Part shown: positions 1 to 8,768 of the stretch, piece after piece | Position numbering within the stretch: position 1 is the first letter of the stretch | How the letters are laid out: every line of letters starts with the position of its first letter | Assembly (NCBI GenBank): GCA_036339875.1 | Contig: JAYZAC010000016.1 | Span: 1-25,092, forward strand | Length of the DNA: 25,092 nt | Direction: 5' to 3' | Source: a bacterium | GTDB lineage: Bacteria > Muiribacteriota > UBA6191 | The notes under the pieces: generated by a model | The model's database searches: none | What the model was told of the DNA's origin: nothing | The model's input: the letters and a program-made list of their open reading frames with translations, nothing else | Position numbers and translations under genes: made by a program

Positions 1-1281
1 TTTGAACTGCTTGTATCCTGATAGAGATAGACATCGCCTAAACACATTCCCAAAAACAACAGAAAAGCTAGAAGTGCCTCTATCACCAGCACCAAAAAGA
101 TGCATAGAATTTGCCGTTATTAAACCTTGACCCTTGGTGAAACCGAACTCCTTATGTTTTGCCCAAGCAGATGAATAACCATAATCTTTGCGGGCTAAAT
201 AATACAGTGGAAAACCACTTGTTATATCAACATCTTTACCCTCTTTTCGACGAATTTTATCAACCTTCCCACTCAACGCTTGTAAACCAGGATCTTTAAC
301 ACTGTTATCTGATGTGAATATTTTGTAGTCTGAAGTAAATAATTGATAGAAATCTGAAGAACCTGCTTCTCCGCGATACATATGAAAAGACTCAGCTGCA
401 TCCCCACTACCTGCTGTAAGATTCAGGTAAATATTCTTCTTTGAATTCGCTCCTGTACCCAATAGGTTATATGCCAACTTATTTTCGAATGGATTTATTG
501 TTCCTTTATCAGCGCCTAAGCTACTAAATTCACCTACTATTCCATTATTCAGTTTAAGCCATTTACCTTTGTTTACGGCACCTTGGGGAGTCGCAGTAAT
601 TGTATTAAACTTTCCACCTAGATAGTCGACGGGACTTTCTTCCTGGAAACCTGAGGCATCTTGAGCAAATAAATTAAAATGTCTTACAGCCATTGGCTGT
701 ATTTGAACTCTCTTAAACTCGAATTTAGAGGTAATACTTTTCCAATCCGATTTTAGAACTTCGCTATTATTTTTTTTGAACACTTTGTAGAACAGCTGGT
801 ATCTAACTTTTAACTCAATGCTACCTTTCATCTCTTCGTTACTGGATACAAAATCTTCTCGATCTTCAAAATTTTTATGTTTGATAAATTTTAGGTCAAC
901 TTCAGCGTCAAACGAACTCCCTTCGTTATCCCAAAGATCAGACATTATAGCCCCATATTCTCCTGTAGGGTTCTTAATACTTATTACATTTTTTAACTCA
1001 ACCCTATCTTGTGTTTGTAAAGCTTTAAAGTGTTTTTGGAACTCCGGGGTTTTAGCCTTCTGTTCTACAATTTTCTTACACAAGGAAAGAATTGCATCTC
1101 CAATAAGAATTGATTTTTCGTTAATTTGTAATCGATGAATTTGTCTCATCGAATTGGAAGCATAGTAATTAAAGCCCAAACCTACTGCCGTAATGACGCC
1201 CAATACGATAAAAGCCAGCAGAGTAACTGACCCCCTACGCTGGTTATTGGAGTGCAATTGTGAGACATACGTGCAAATCAT
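1..1281 (-). CDS. Large PilX/GspK-like minor-pilin/pseudopilin-type protein, N-terminal 427 aa (partial, continues past left edge)
   Basis: Manual translation gives a stop-free minus frame from ATG 1281 to base 1 (absent from the ORF track). It starts MICTYVSQLHSNNQRRG|SVTLLAFIVLGVITAVGLGFNYY: basic leader, Gly, then a ~20-aa hydrophobic helix without Glu5. A sigma70-like promoter lies just upstream. Confidence 0.8.
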   Translation of the reverse strand, partial: MICTYVSQLHSNNQRRGSVTLLAFIVLGVITAVGLGFNYYASNSMRQIHRLQINEKSILIGDAILSLCKKIVEQKAKTPEFQKHFKALQTQDRVELKNVISIKNPTGEYGAIMSDLWDNEGSSFDAEVDLKFIKHKNFEDREDFVSSNEEMKGSIELKVRYQLFYKVFKKNNSEVLKSDWKSITSKFEFKRVQIQPMAVRHFNLFAQDASGFQEESPVDYLGGKFNTITATPQGAVNKGKWLKLNNGIVGEFSSLGADKGTINPFENKLAYNLLGTGANSKKNIYLNLTAGSGDAAESFHMYRGEAGSSDFYQLFTSDYKIFTSDNSVKDPGLQALSGKVDKIRRKEGKDVDITSGFPLYYLARKDYGYSSAWAKHKEFGFTKGQGLITANSMHLFGAGDRGTSSFSVVFGNVFRRCLSLSGYKQFK

Positions 1282-1297
1282 AATGAGCCTGTGTTGG

Positions 1298-1326
1298 ATT
1301 ATACAGGATTCGAAACCTCAACCCAA
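1298..1326 (-). promoter_or_regulatory. Putative sigma70 promoter of the PilX-like gene
   Basis: Minus strand TTGGGT (1326-1321) - 17 bp - TATAAT (1303-1298). Confidence 0.55.
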
Positions 1327-1350
1327 GTTATGCTGTAATGCTTATAACGC

Positions 1351-1380
1351 TTGTTTGCTGAGTTGTACAAAGGTTATAAT
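1351..1380 (+). promoter_or_regulatory. Putative sigma70 promoter of valS
   Basis: TTGTTT (1351-1356) - 18 bp - TATAAT (1375-1380); SD GAGGAG at 1406-1411. Confidence 0.5.
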
Positions 1381-1416
1381 CCGCGGCCAATTTTGTAAGC
1401 AAGTCGAGGAGTGAAT

Positions 1417-3870
1417 ATGCTTCCAAAGAAATATAAAGCCAAAGAGTCCGAACCGCGCTGGCAGAAATACTGGTCTGAAAACAATGTTTTCGCTTTTGAC
1501 CCGAACTCGAAGAGTGAGGTTTACTCTATCGATACTCCGCCTCCTACGGTTTCTGGCGTTCTGCATATTGGGCATGTTTATTCTTACACTCAAGCTGAGA
1601 TAGTCGCAAGATACCAGCGAATGAAAGGTAAAAATGTGTTTTACCCATTCGGGTTTGATGATAATGGGTTACCTACAGAGAGATTCGTAGAAAAGAAAAA
1701 CAAAGTTCGAGGTAAAGATCTCAAGAGATCAGAATTTAATGATCTTTGCCGAACTACGGTAGCTGAACTAGAGGAACAATTCCGAACCATGTGGAGCGCT
1801 TTGGGTTTTTCTGCTGATTGGAATCTTTGCTACAGTACAATAGAAGAAAATTGTCAGCGAATTTCGCAAAGAAGCTTTCTAGACCTTTTGAAGAAGGGTC
1901 TCGTTGATTATCGCGAAGAACCGAATATGTGGTGTGTTACCTCACAAACAGCCGTTGCCCAAGCTGAATTGGACAGTGTCGAGCAAGAGTCAACCTTTAA
2001 TGATTTGAAGTTTGATATTAAAGAGGGAGGCGAAATAATAATCGGAACAACTCGTCCCGAACTTTTACCATCTTGCGTCTGTATATTTGTCCATCCAGAT
2101 GACCCTCGCTACAAAGATCGTTTAGGTAAAACCGCCATCGTTCCTATTTTTGGTCACGAAGTACCAATTTTAGCTGATGAAAAAGCAGATATGGAAAAAG
2201 GAACCGGAGCGGTAATGTGCTGTACTTTCGGAGATAAAACAGATATTGAGTGGTTTAAAAAACATAAATTACCACTTAGAGTTTCGATTACACCCTACGG
2301 CAAAATGACTGACTTAGCAGGTCAGTTTGCAGGACTTAAAATCAAGGAAGCTCGTAAAGCTGTACTTAGTAAACTGAACGAAGATGGCATATTACTTAAT
2401 AGCAAATCAATCGTGCATGCAGTAAATGTCCACGAAAGATCTGGAACAGAAATTGAGTATTTATCGACTAGGCAGTGGTTTATCAAGTTAATGGAGCGTA
2501 AAGATGAATTGGTTGCTCTGGCAGATAAAATTGAATGGTATCCCGCTTTTATGAAACAACGTTATGTCCATTGGGTTGAAAATCTTGGTTGGGATTGGTG
2601 TATCTCCCGACAACGATTCTTCGGAGTCCCCTTCCCAGTGTGGCATTGCAAAGATTGCTGTCAGATGCTGTTACCAGAGGATTCACAATTGCCTGTTGAC
2701 CCTCAGGAACAAGCTTATCCGGGTGAATGCACTAATTGTGGAAGCAGTAATATCGAACCTGACCGTAATATCATGGATACATGGGCGACATCTAGCGTCA
2801 CCCCACAAATTAACTATCGCTGGGGTGAGAATGATTCTAGGGAAGAGCATTTAGCACCCATGAGTATGCGTCCACAAGCTCATGACATCATTAGAACATG
2901 GGCTTTTTATACAATGGTCAAAGCTTATTACCACCAGAATGATATTCCATGGAAAGATATAATGATTTCCGGTCATGTACTCTACAAAAAGGGCCAAAAA
3001 ATAAGTAAATCTAAAGGCAACTCCAAATCGGGCCCTGAGCAATTAATAGATCAATATAGTGCTGATGTGATCAGATACTGGACGGCAGGAGCTAAACTAG
3101 GAAGTGATTGCTACTTCGAAGAAAATGAATTCAAAATAGCGGCTAAGCTCGTCACTAAAATCTTTAATGCTTCAAAATTTGCCCTAATGCATCTAGAGAG
3201 TCTTGAAAAGTTTGATGAAACTAAGATTACAGTGGCAATTGATAGAGCCATGATGTCTCGCCTTAGTAAGACTGCTTCCAGAGCTGATCAATTTCTATCT
3301 CAATATGAATATTCATTAGCATTATCAGAGATTGAAGGCTTTTTCTGGGATTTTTGTGATAACTATATGGAATTAATAAAGCATCGTATTTACAATCCAC
3401 AGGAGCATGGCGAAGGTGCAGGAGAGTCCGTTCAGAATTCACTTTACGCAATTGTATACGGTGTTATCAGAATGCTAGCTCCTTTCATTCCGCATATCAC
3501 TGAAGAGATATATCAGGCATACTTCAAGCAGCGAGAAAAACATGTTTCGCTTCATTTAGCCGATTATCCAAATGGTAAGAAATCTTGGGTAGATGAACAG
3601 GCTGAAAAAGTTTACGAAGAAGCATGTCAATTCGTAGCTGTAGTAAGAAAATTTAAGACAGAACAGCGCTTAAGTCTTAACACTGAGTTAACTGAAATTC
3701 AGTATTTGAGAACTCAATTTGGACTATTTAGAGAAGCCCAGAATGATATTCAAAGGGCAGCACGCTGCGATAATGTGAAAGCAATGGATTCTCTTGATGA
3801 TGTGGGAAGTTTAGTAGAATTTGAAGGGAAACTATTAAGGATAGGCAACCCAATTGAGGAGGAAGCTTGA
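1417..3870 (+). CDS. valS: Valine--tRNA ligase, archaeal-like ValS type 2
   Basis: IDTPPPTVSG-LHIGH (HIGH), GFDDNGLPTER, GTGAVMCCTFGD editing motif, DWCISRQR, MDTWATS, HDIIRTWAF, KISKS (KMSKS). No obvious C-terminal coiled-coil arm. ATG 1417 preferred over GTG 1411 because it lies 5 nt after GAGGAG. Confidence 0.97.
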   Translation: MLPKKYKAKESEPRWQKYWSENNVFAFDPNSKSEVYSIDTPPPTVSGVLHIGHVYSYTQAEIVARYQRMKGKNVFYPFGFDDNGLPTERFVEKKNKVRGKDLKRSEFNDLCRTTVAELEEQFRTMWSALGFSADWNLCYSTIEENCQRISQRSFLDLLKKGLVDYREEPNMWCVTSQTAVAQAELDSVEQESTFNDLKFDIKEGGEIIIGTTRPELLPSCVCIFVHPDDPRYKDRLGKTAIVPIFGHEVPILADEKADMEKGTGAVMCCTFGDKTDIEWFKKHKLPLRVSITPYGKMTDLAGQFAGLKIKEARKAVLSKLNEDGILLNSKSIVHAVNVHERSGTEIEYLSTRQWFIKLMERKDELVALADKIEWYPAFMKQRYVHWVENLGWDWCISRQRFFGVPFPVWHCKDCCQMLLPEDSQLPVDPQEQAYPGECTNCGSSNIEPDRNIMDTWATSSVTPQINYRWGENDSREEHLAPMSMRPQAHDIIRTWAFYTMVKAYYHQNDIPWKDIMISGHVLYKKGQKISKSKGNSKSGPEQLIDQYSADVIRYWTAGAKLGSDCYFEENEFKIAAKLVTKIFNASKFALMHLESLEKFDETKITVAIDRAMMSRLSKTASRADQFLSQYEYSLALSEIEGFFWDFCDNYMELIKHRIYNPQEHGEGAGESVQNSLYAIVYGVIRMLAPFIPHITEEIYQAYFKQREKHVSLHLADYPNGKKSWVDEQAEKVYEEACQFVAVVRKFKTEQRLSLNTELTEIQYLRTQFGLFREAQNDIQRAARCDNVKAMDSLDDVGSLVEFEGKLLRIGNPIEEEA

Positions 3871-4319
3871 AAAGATTATTTCTCTACAAAATTACGAAAA
3901 CAGGCACTGGTTCCGTACCGGTCTGGTCCTCGAGTCTTGTTGATGAAGAACAAGCAAATAAATTGCATTTTATTTTTCATAATTATGCTGGGCAAAAATC
4001 AGACTTCATGGTCTTTTTGGACGAATTCGATACAACTCAAGTACCACTCTCACACATTGACACCAGCGCAACCCTGTTAGCACCAATGGAAATCAATGTA
4101 CTCCGCAAGCATGGCCTAGACCGTGTCGGTATTATGAGCCCCTTAGATCTCTTAGAAGAATTCGAATCTTTGATGGGTGATATTCTTCTGGATGAAGATG
4201 AAGGACAATATTATCTAGAAGGTGAAAAAGATGAACCCGAAGATTTAGCCGACGAGAATTATGAGGAAGAAATGGTACACATCCCAAGGTCGACAGGTAA
4301 AGGCTCGATTATTATCTAG
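3867..4319 (+). CDS. Hypothetical protein with acidic C-terminal region, coupled to valS
   Basis: TTG start overlaps valS TGA (TTGA) and is preceded by GAGGAGG; 150 aa; ends convergent with sodX. Confidence 0.75.
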   Translation: MKRLFLYKITKTGTGSVPVWSSSLVDEEQANKLHFIFHNYAGQKSDFMVFLDEFDTTQVPLSHIDTSATLLAPMEINVLRKHGLDRVGIMSPLDLLEEFESLMGDILLDEDEGQYYLEGEKDEPEDLADENYEEEMVHIPRSTGKGSIII

Positions 4320-4331
4320 ATAAATAAAAAA

Positions 4332-4616
4332 CTAGGACCCAGCGATACGAAGTAGAACTTTACCCAGAATCATATTCTGTCTGATCACACCCAAACTTTC
4401 TGTATCAGTTGAATATTGACTAAGTCCCTTTACCTTATAACCTCCAGAACTTACACCACAAATTTGCTTCACAATGTTACCGAACTGTGGATGTTGGATG
4501 ACCACCCAATCATCCAACCGCAAACGATTTAAAAAAAGAGATAGGACCACAATATAATCGCCATCATTCAAATCTGGCTCCATACTGTGGCCCTTGACTT
4601 TTTTAATTGATATCAT
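4332..4616 (-). CDS. sodX: Nickel-SOD maturation protease (S26 family)
   Basis: VKGHSMEP (catalytic Ser), L-DGD, HPQFGNIVK (catalytic Lys); ATGA overlap with sodN. Confidence 0.88.
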   Translation of the reverse strand: MISIKKVKGHSMEPDLNDGDYIVVLSLFLNRLRLDDWVVIQHPQFGNIVKQICGVSSGGYKVKGLSQYSTDTESLGVIRQNMILGKVLLRIAGS

Positions 4617-5110
4617 CCTAATTTAGGATAGACTACCTCTAGTTCAGGCTTGTAGGGACTGGTTGCGCGATAGGTTTCAACGCCTTTAATCTCCCAGAAG
4701 ATTTCAGCGAATTCATTTAATTTTTCTAGTAATTGCAAAGAGGCCTCTTTATTCACCTCTTGACGCACTTTAGAGCCCAATAACATGATGCTGTGAGTTA
4801 ACTCATGTAGATTTGGGTATTTTTCAAATTGAGGTGCCTTATAGAAATCGCCCCAGATTACCCTAATTTCATGCTTAACTATCTCAGCATGCTTTTCCTT
4901 TTCAGCTACATATCGACTCACTTCATTCAACCACTCAACGCTGCTCTTTTCGTTTTTATGTGCAACAATAAGATCAGTCATTCTAATCGCAGTCAAACAA
5001 GCCACTAGAGCATGATGAGGATCATAAATTCCACATGGGATATCGCAATGGGCTTCGACCTCCTCAAAAGGAGTAATTTGGTTAATTAAATTTAAGGTTG
5101 ATTTTAGCAT
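4613..5110 (-). CDS. sodN: Nickel superoxide dismutase precursor
   Basis: Nickel hook HCDIPCGIYDP after a 20-aa leader ending EVEA; KEKHAEIVKHEIRVIWGDF, KYPNLH and FAEIFW are typical of SodN. Confidence 0.97.
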   Translation of the reverse strand: MLKSTLNLINQITPFEEVEAHCDIPCGIYDPHHALVACLTAIRMTDLIVAHKNEKSSVEWLNEVSRYVAEKEKHAEIVKHEIRVIWGDFYKAPQFEKYPNLHELTHSIMLLGSKVRQEVNKEASLQLLEKLNEFAEIFWEIKGVETYRATSPYKPELEVVYPKLG

Positions 5111-5212
5111 TTTTAACTTCTTTCCTATCTTGTAATGGATTAAACAAACAGAACTCGAAAAAGATACTAAACATAGCCTAATCCAACAACCCCTGTTTCA
5201 GCTTGTTTTTAC

Positions 5213-5229
5213 TTTGAAATCATTCTGAA
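5213..5229. promoter_or_regulatory. Imperfect 7-3-7 inverted repeat upstream of sodN, candidate Fur-family operator
   Basis: TTTGAAA-TCA-TTCTGAA, 15/17 match to the Irr ICE consensus TTTRGAAYNRTTCYAAA. Confidence 0.35.
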
Positions 5230-5259
5230 GGTAGAATAACTATAGTTCACCAGAAAAAT

Positions 5260-7017
5260 CTAGATCGCTAAATCCTTATATTGATGACGAAAATATTCGA
5301 AAAATTCACCACGCTTACTGACTAGTTCTTGATAACTACCTTGCTCTACAACCTGACCTTCCTTTAGCACGAGAATCCGATCAACATGCCTAACAGTACT
5401 TAGCCGATGAGCAATGATTATAGCTGTTTTATTTTTCAAGAAGAGATTGAGCTGATTTTGTAAAAACTGTTCTGTTCTCACATCAACATTTGAAGTAGCC
5501 TCATCTAGTAAAAAGATATCAGCATTTTTTGTATATACTCTACCAAACGCAACTAACTGCTTTTCTCCTAAAGAAAAGTTCTCTCCATTGTGCTCTACAT
5601 CTTTTAATTCCTGACCCAATAAAGTAAGAAAACCACTGTTCTTCAAGACTTTAACCTGTTCGGCAGACGCCTGATTGAACCTTTCTTCAAATAATGAAAG
5701 ATTCTGCTGAACTGACCCCGAAAACAAATAAACATCTTGGAGTACAAAACCAATTCTCTCTCGAAGGCTAGTTACTGGGATATTTTCCAAAGAGTGATTG
5801 TCGAGAAGTATTTCACCTGAACATGGCGAGTAAAATCTATTAAGTAACTTAATAATTGTTGATTTTCCTGCCCCTGTACGCCCAACAATGGCCACTTTTT
5901 CACCTGGCTTAATTGAAAAATTTAGCGACTTGAGCACTAACTCTTCTCCGTATGAAAATTTAACATCGCGAAATTCTAAAGCGGGTTTTAATCGACTGAC
6001 TTCGGAAGCCTCTAAAGCAGGTTGCTGATTAACTTCAGCCTCTTCAGACTCTCCCATGATATTGAAAATACGCTGCATAGATGTCCAGGCATTCTGTAAA
6101 TTGTTAAACATACCCGTAAGATGACGAATCGGATGCATAATACTTTGGACATAAGTTACAACTGCCACTAACTCAGCAAAACTAAGAGTTTGAGCGTGAA
6201 TTTGGCTAGTGCCATCAAAAATGATGCAAGCCAATAAAAAAGATCCCATGAATTCAACAAAACCGTAAAAGGTTGGTTCCACATTATTCAGCTCATGATA
6301 TTTTTCAGTATACCGACGAGATAATTTATTAAATTCAGCTAGAACACTTTGTTGTTTCGAAAATCCATGAATTACCTCAAGTCCACCAATCGCCTCACTA
6401 ACCGCCGTAGTCATTTGAGATAACAAGCGCTTGGCACTGGTCATACCTTCTCTGATTAATCTTCCGATCCATGCTGTGACTTTCAATAAAATTGGAATGG
6501 CTATCACAACATACAAAGTTAAGCGCCAATTCATGTGCAACAGAATACTTAGTATCCCCACAATTGCGAGACAGTCTCCGACTACTCTAACCAAGCCACC
6601 GGAAAGAGCGGCTCTAACGGCTTCAACATCACTTGTTAGACGAATTATAATTTGTCCACTGTTCTTTGAATGAAAGAATACGAAAGGTAGCTTCAATATA
6701 TGATCAAATAGCTCTTCTCTTATATTTTTGACAATATTCAAACCAGCATAGCTAGTTGCCAGTACTTGTAGAGCTTGTAGTACAAAATTTATTACAATAC
6801 AAATCATGAACAATAAAACATAATCAAGAGCTAAGGCTAAATTCTCAGCACCTTGACCTTTCTCAACAGCTTCCAAAACCCACTTGATAATTGTAGGCCT
6901 TACAATACGAAAAAATTGTACTATTGGAATCATCACCAGCCCAAAAATGAGATAGGATCTGTATCGATAGCTATGTCTTAAAAACCATTGCAACATAGAC
7001 TTATACCGCTGCTCCAA
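5260..7017 (-). CDS. Heterodimeric ABC exporter subunit B (TMD-NBD; MdlB/YheH-like)
   Basis: N-terminal TM domain with RLTSDVEA; Walker A GRTGAGKST; degenerate signature FSLGEKQL; Walker B IFLLDE; IAHRLST. Alternative start ATG 6996. Confidence 0.92.
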   Translation of the reverse strand: MEQRYKSMLQWFLRHSYRYRSYLIFGLVMIPIVQFFRIVRPTIIKWVLEAVEKGQGAENLALALDYVLLFMICIVINFVLQALQVLATSYAGLNIVKNIREELFDHILKLPFVFFHSKNSGQIIIRLTSDVEAVRAALSGGLVRVVGDCLAIVGILSILLHMNWRLTLYVVIAIPILLKVTAWIGRLIREGMTSAKRLLSQMTTAVSEAIGGLEVIHGFSKQQSVLAEFNKLSRRYTEKYHELNNVEPTFYGFVEFMGSFLLACIIFDGTSQIHAQTLSFAELVAVVTYVQSIMHPIRHLTGMFNNLQNAWTSMQRIFNIMGESEEAEVNQQPALEASEVSRLKPALEFRDVKFSYGEELVLKSLNFSIKPGEKVAIVGRTGAGKSTIIKLLNRFYSPCSGEILLDNHSLENIPVTSLRERIGFVLQDVYLFSGSVQQNLSLFEERFNQASAEQVKVLKNSGFLTLLGQELKDVEHNGENFSLGEKQLVAFGRVYTKNADIFLLDEATSNVDVRTEQFLQNQLNLFLKNKTAIIIAHRLSTVRHVDRILVLKEGQVVEQGSYQELVSKRGEFFEYFRHQYKDLAI

Positions 7018-8728
7018 ATTGACGCTGTAATTTGATCATTCGTGAATAGAAACCTCCACTTTCAATTAGTTCACTATGAGCCCCTTGTTCAGTTAGAACG
7101 CCTTGCTCAAATACCAATATTTTGTCGCAATGCTTCAATGTTGAGCCGCGATGGGAACATAAAAATACTGTTCTATTCCTCTTTTCTCGTAATAAATTTT
7201 GTAATATTCTTTCCTCAGTTACAGTGTCTAAGGCAGAAAAGCAATCATCTAGAATCCATACAAGCGCGGAATCCAAATATGCCCTAGCAATACTCACTCG
7301 TTGTTTTTGGCCTTGACTCAGCCGAACCCCTTTTTCTCCAACCAAGGTATCAAGTCCTTTCTTAAAACTTTTTACATCCTCTGAAAGCGCAGCAAAATCT
7401 AAGGCCTTTATAAGATCTTTATCTTCAATGGATCTATGGAAAATTAAATTTTCTCGTAGGGTTTTGGAGAATAGAAAAATTTCCTGAAAAACTGGATTGA
7501 ATATCATCCGCCAAAGATACGTGTTAGTCTGATTATTTAATTCAATAGACCCATACCTAATACTTCCACTTTCTAATTCCTGTAAAGCTAATAAAGTATG
7601 GAAAAAAGTACTTTTACCTGAACCAATAGCCCCACAAACTCCGATCATTTCACCAGGTTTAACGATTAGATTATCAACTCGCAGCTCAAAAGAATCATCA
7701 GAGTTGTATTTAAATCTTAAATCTTTTACTTGTAGTTCAGAGGCATAAACTTTATCACCCTTAGTTTCGAAGTACTCAATCTCTTCGTCATATCGATCTT
7801 GTAGTCTCTTAAAGGATGTAAATCCACGATTGAATGTGGACATTCCAAAGCCTACTGAAATTGAAGCAAAAAGAATGTAAGCAATATAACCATGAAACGC
7901 TATAAACTCCCCATTAGTTAGTTGGCCATTAAAAATCATTTCACTTCCATATCTAAGTACTAGATACTCACCAAAGCTAGCGATAAGTATTAACCCTGGA
8001 AGTAACATCGTATCTAAAATATTTACAGACCAAGCGCTACGATAATGATTCAGATTAAAATTACGAAATCTATTTTTTAATCCATCAAAAGCATGAAATG
8101 ATTTAGCTACGTGGATCCCAAAAACTGTTTGTGTTACAAACTCAGTTACATCTCCAAGCTTTTCTTTTACATCGAGATTTTTATAGTAAAGTTTTTGATT
8201 CAAGTAGGCTATGTAAATGAGTAAAATCGGGTACGGAAATACAGATAGCAAAGTGAGCTTAGGTGATATTGTAAGCATTAAGGGTATACTGACTGCGTAA
8301 ACTAATAAAATGTTGAATAGTTGAACCGTTCCGAAACCTAAAAAAATCCTAACTTGAGTAGTATCCTCGACCATATTTGTCACGAGATCTCCTCGACCTA
8401 AAGTCTTTAATTTCCAATTCGGGATCTTTAGGATAGCCTCCATTAATCGATGACGTAGATCGTGTTCTTGCTCACGACAAGCTCGGTATACGAGGATTCG
8501 AGAAATCGTTCTAAAAATAAATTGAACCAGAGCTAACAAGGCTATAATACCTGGATAGTACAACTGCCTTAAAATATCACCCTGGCTTGACCCTTGGTCC
8601 ACAGCTTCTTTTACAGCCATGGGAATTATTGCGGCCACTATGTTAGTCAACAGAAGACAAACGATGCTCCAAAAATAGAACCAACGATAGGCCCACGAAG
8701 ACCGTAATATCTCCCTTAAAATACTCAT
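7001..8728 (-). CDS. Heterodimeric ABC exporter subunit A (TMD-NBD; MdlA/YheI-like)
   Basis: TM domain; Walker A GAIGSGKST; signature LSQGQKQR; degenerate Walker B WILDD; SALD; CSHR. Confidence 0.92.
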   Translation of the reverse strand: MSILREILRSSWAYRWFYFWSIVCLLLTNIVAAIIPMAVKEAVDQGSSQGDILRQLYYPGIIALLALVQFIFRTISRILVYRACREQEHDLRHRLMEAILKIPNWKLKTLGRGDLVTNMVEDTTQVRIFLGFGTVQLFNILLVYAVSIPLMLTISPKLTLLSVFPYPILLIYIAYLNQKLYYKNLDVKEKLGDVTEFVTQTVFGIHVAKSFHAFDGLKNRFRNFNLNHYRSAWSVNILDTMLLPGLILIASFGEYLVLRYGSEMIFNGQLTNGEFIAFHGYIAYILFASISVGFGMSTFNRGFTSFKRLQDRYDEEIEYFETKGDKVYASELQVKDLRFKYNSDDSFELRVDNLIVKPGEMIGVCGAIGSGKSTFFHTLLALQELESGSIRYGSIELNNQTNTYLWRMIFNPVFQEIFLFSKTLRENLIFHRSIEDKDLIKALDFAALSEDVKSFKKGLDTLVGEKGVRLSQGQKQRVSIARAYLDSALVWILDDCFSALDTVTEERILQNLLREKRNRTVFLCSHRGSTLKHCDKILVFEQGVLTEQGAHSELIESGGFYSRMIKLQRQFGAAV

Positions 8729-8729
8729 A

Positions 8730-8759
8730 TTATTAGCTTAAATTCTAAGTTATTAGCTT
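8730..8759 (-). repeat. Perfect 10-bp direct repeat AAGCTAATAA-N10-AAGCTAATAA in front of the ABC exporter start
   Basis: Plus strand TTATTAGCTT at 8730-8739 and 8750-8759; the spacer contains minus-strand TAGAAT (8747-8742). Confidence 0.7.
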
Positions 8760-8768
8760 GTAACAACT

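Noticed and set aside
1282..1416. T-box or attenuator upstream of valS
   Set aside because: Region is too short, is occupied by divergent promoters, and has no T-box consensus.
818..1593. ORF-track entries 818..1138(+), 1193..1414(+), 1342..1593(-)
   Set aside because: Antisense or overlapping shadows of the long minus-strand prepilin ORF, the promoter region and valS; no recognisable motifs.
2564..3451. Short ORFs inside valS
   Set aside because: Alternative-frame or antisense shadows of a conserved gene.
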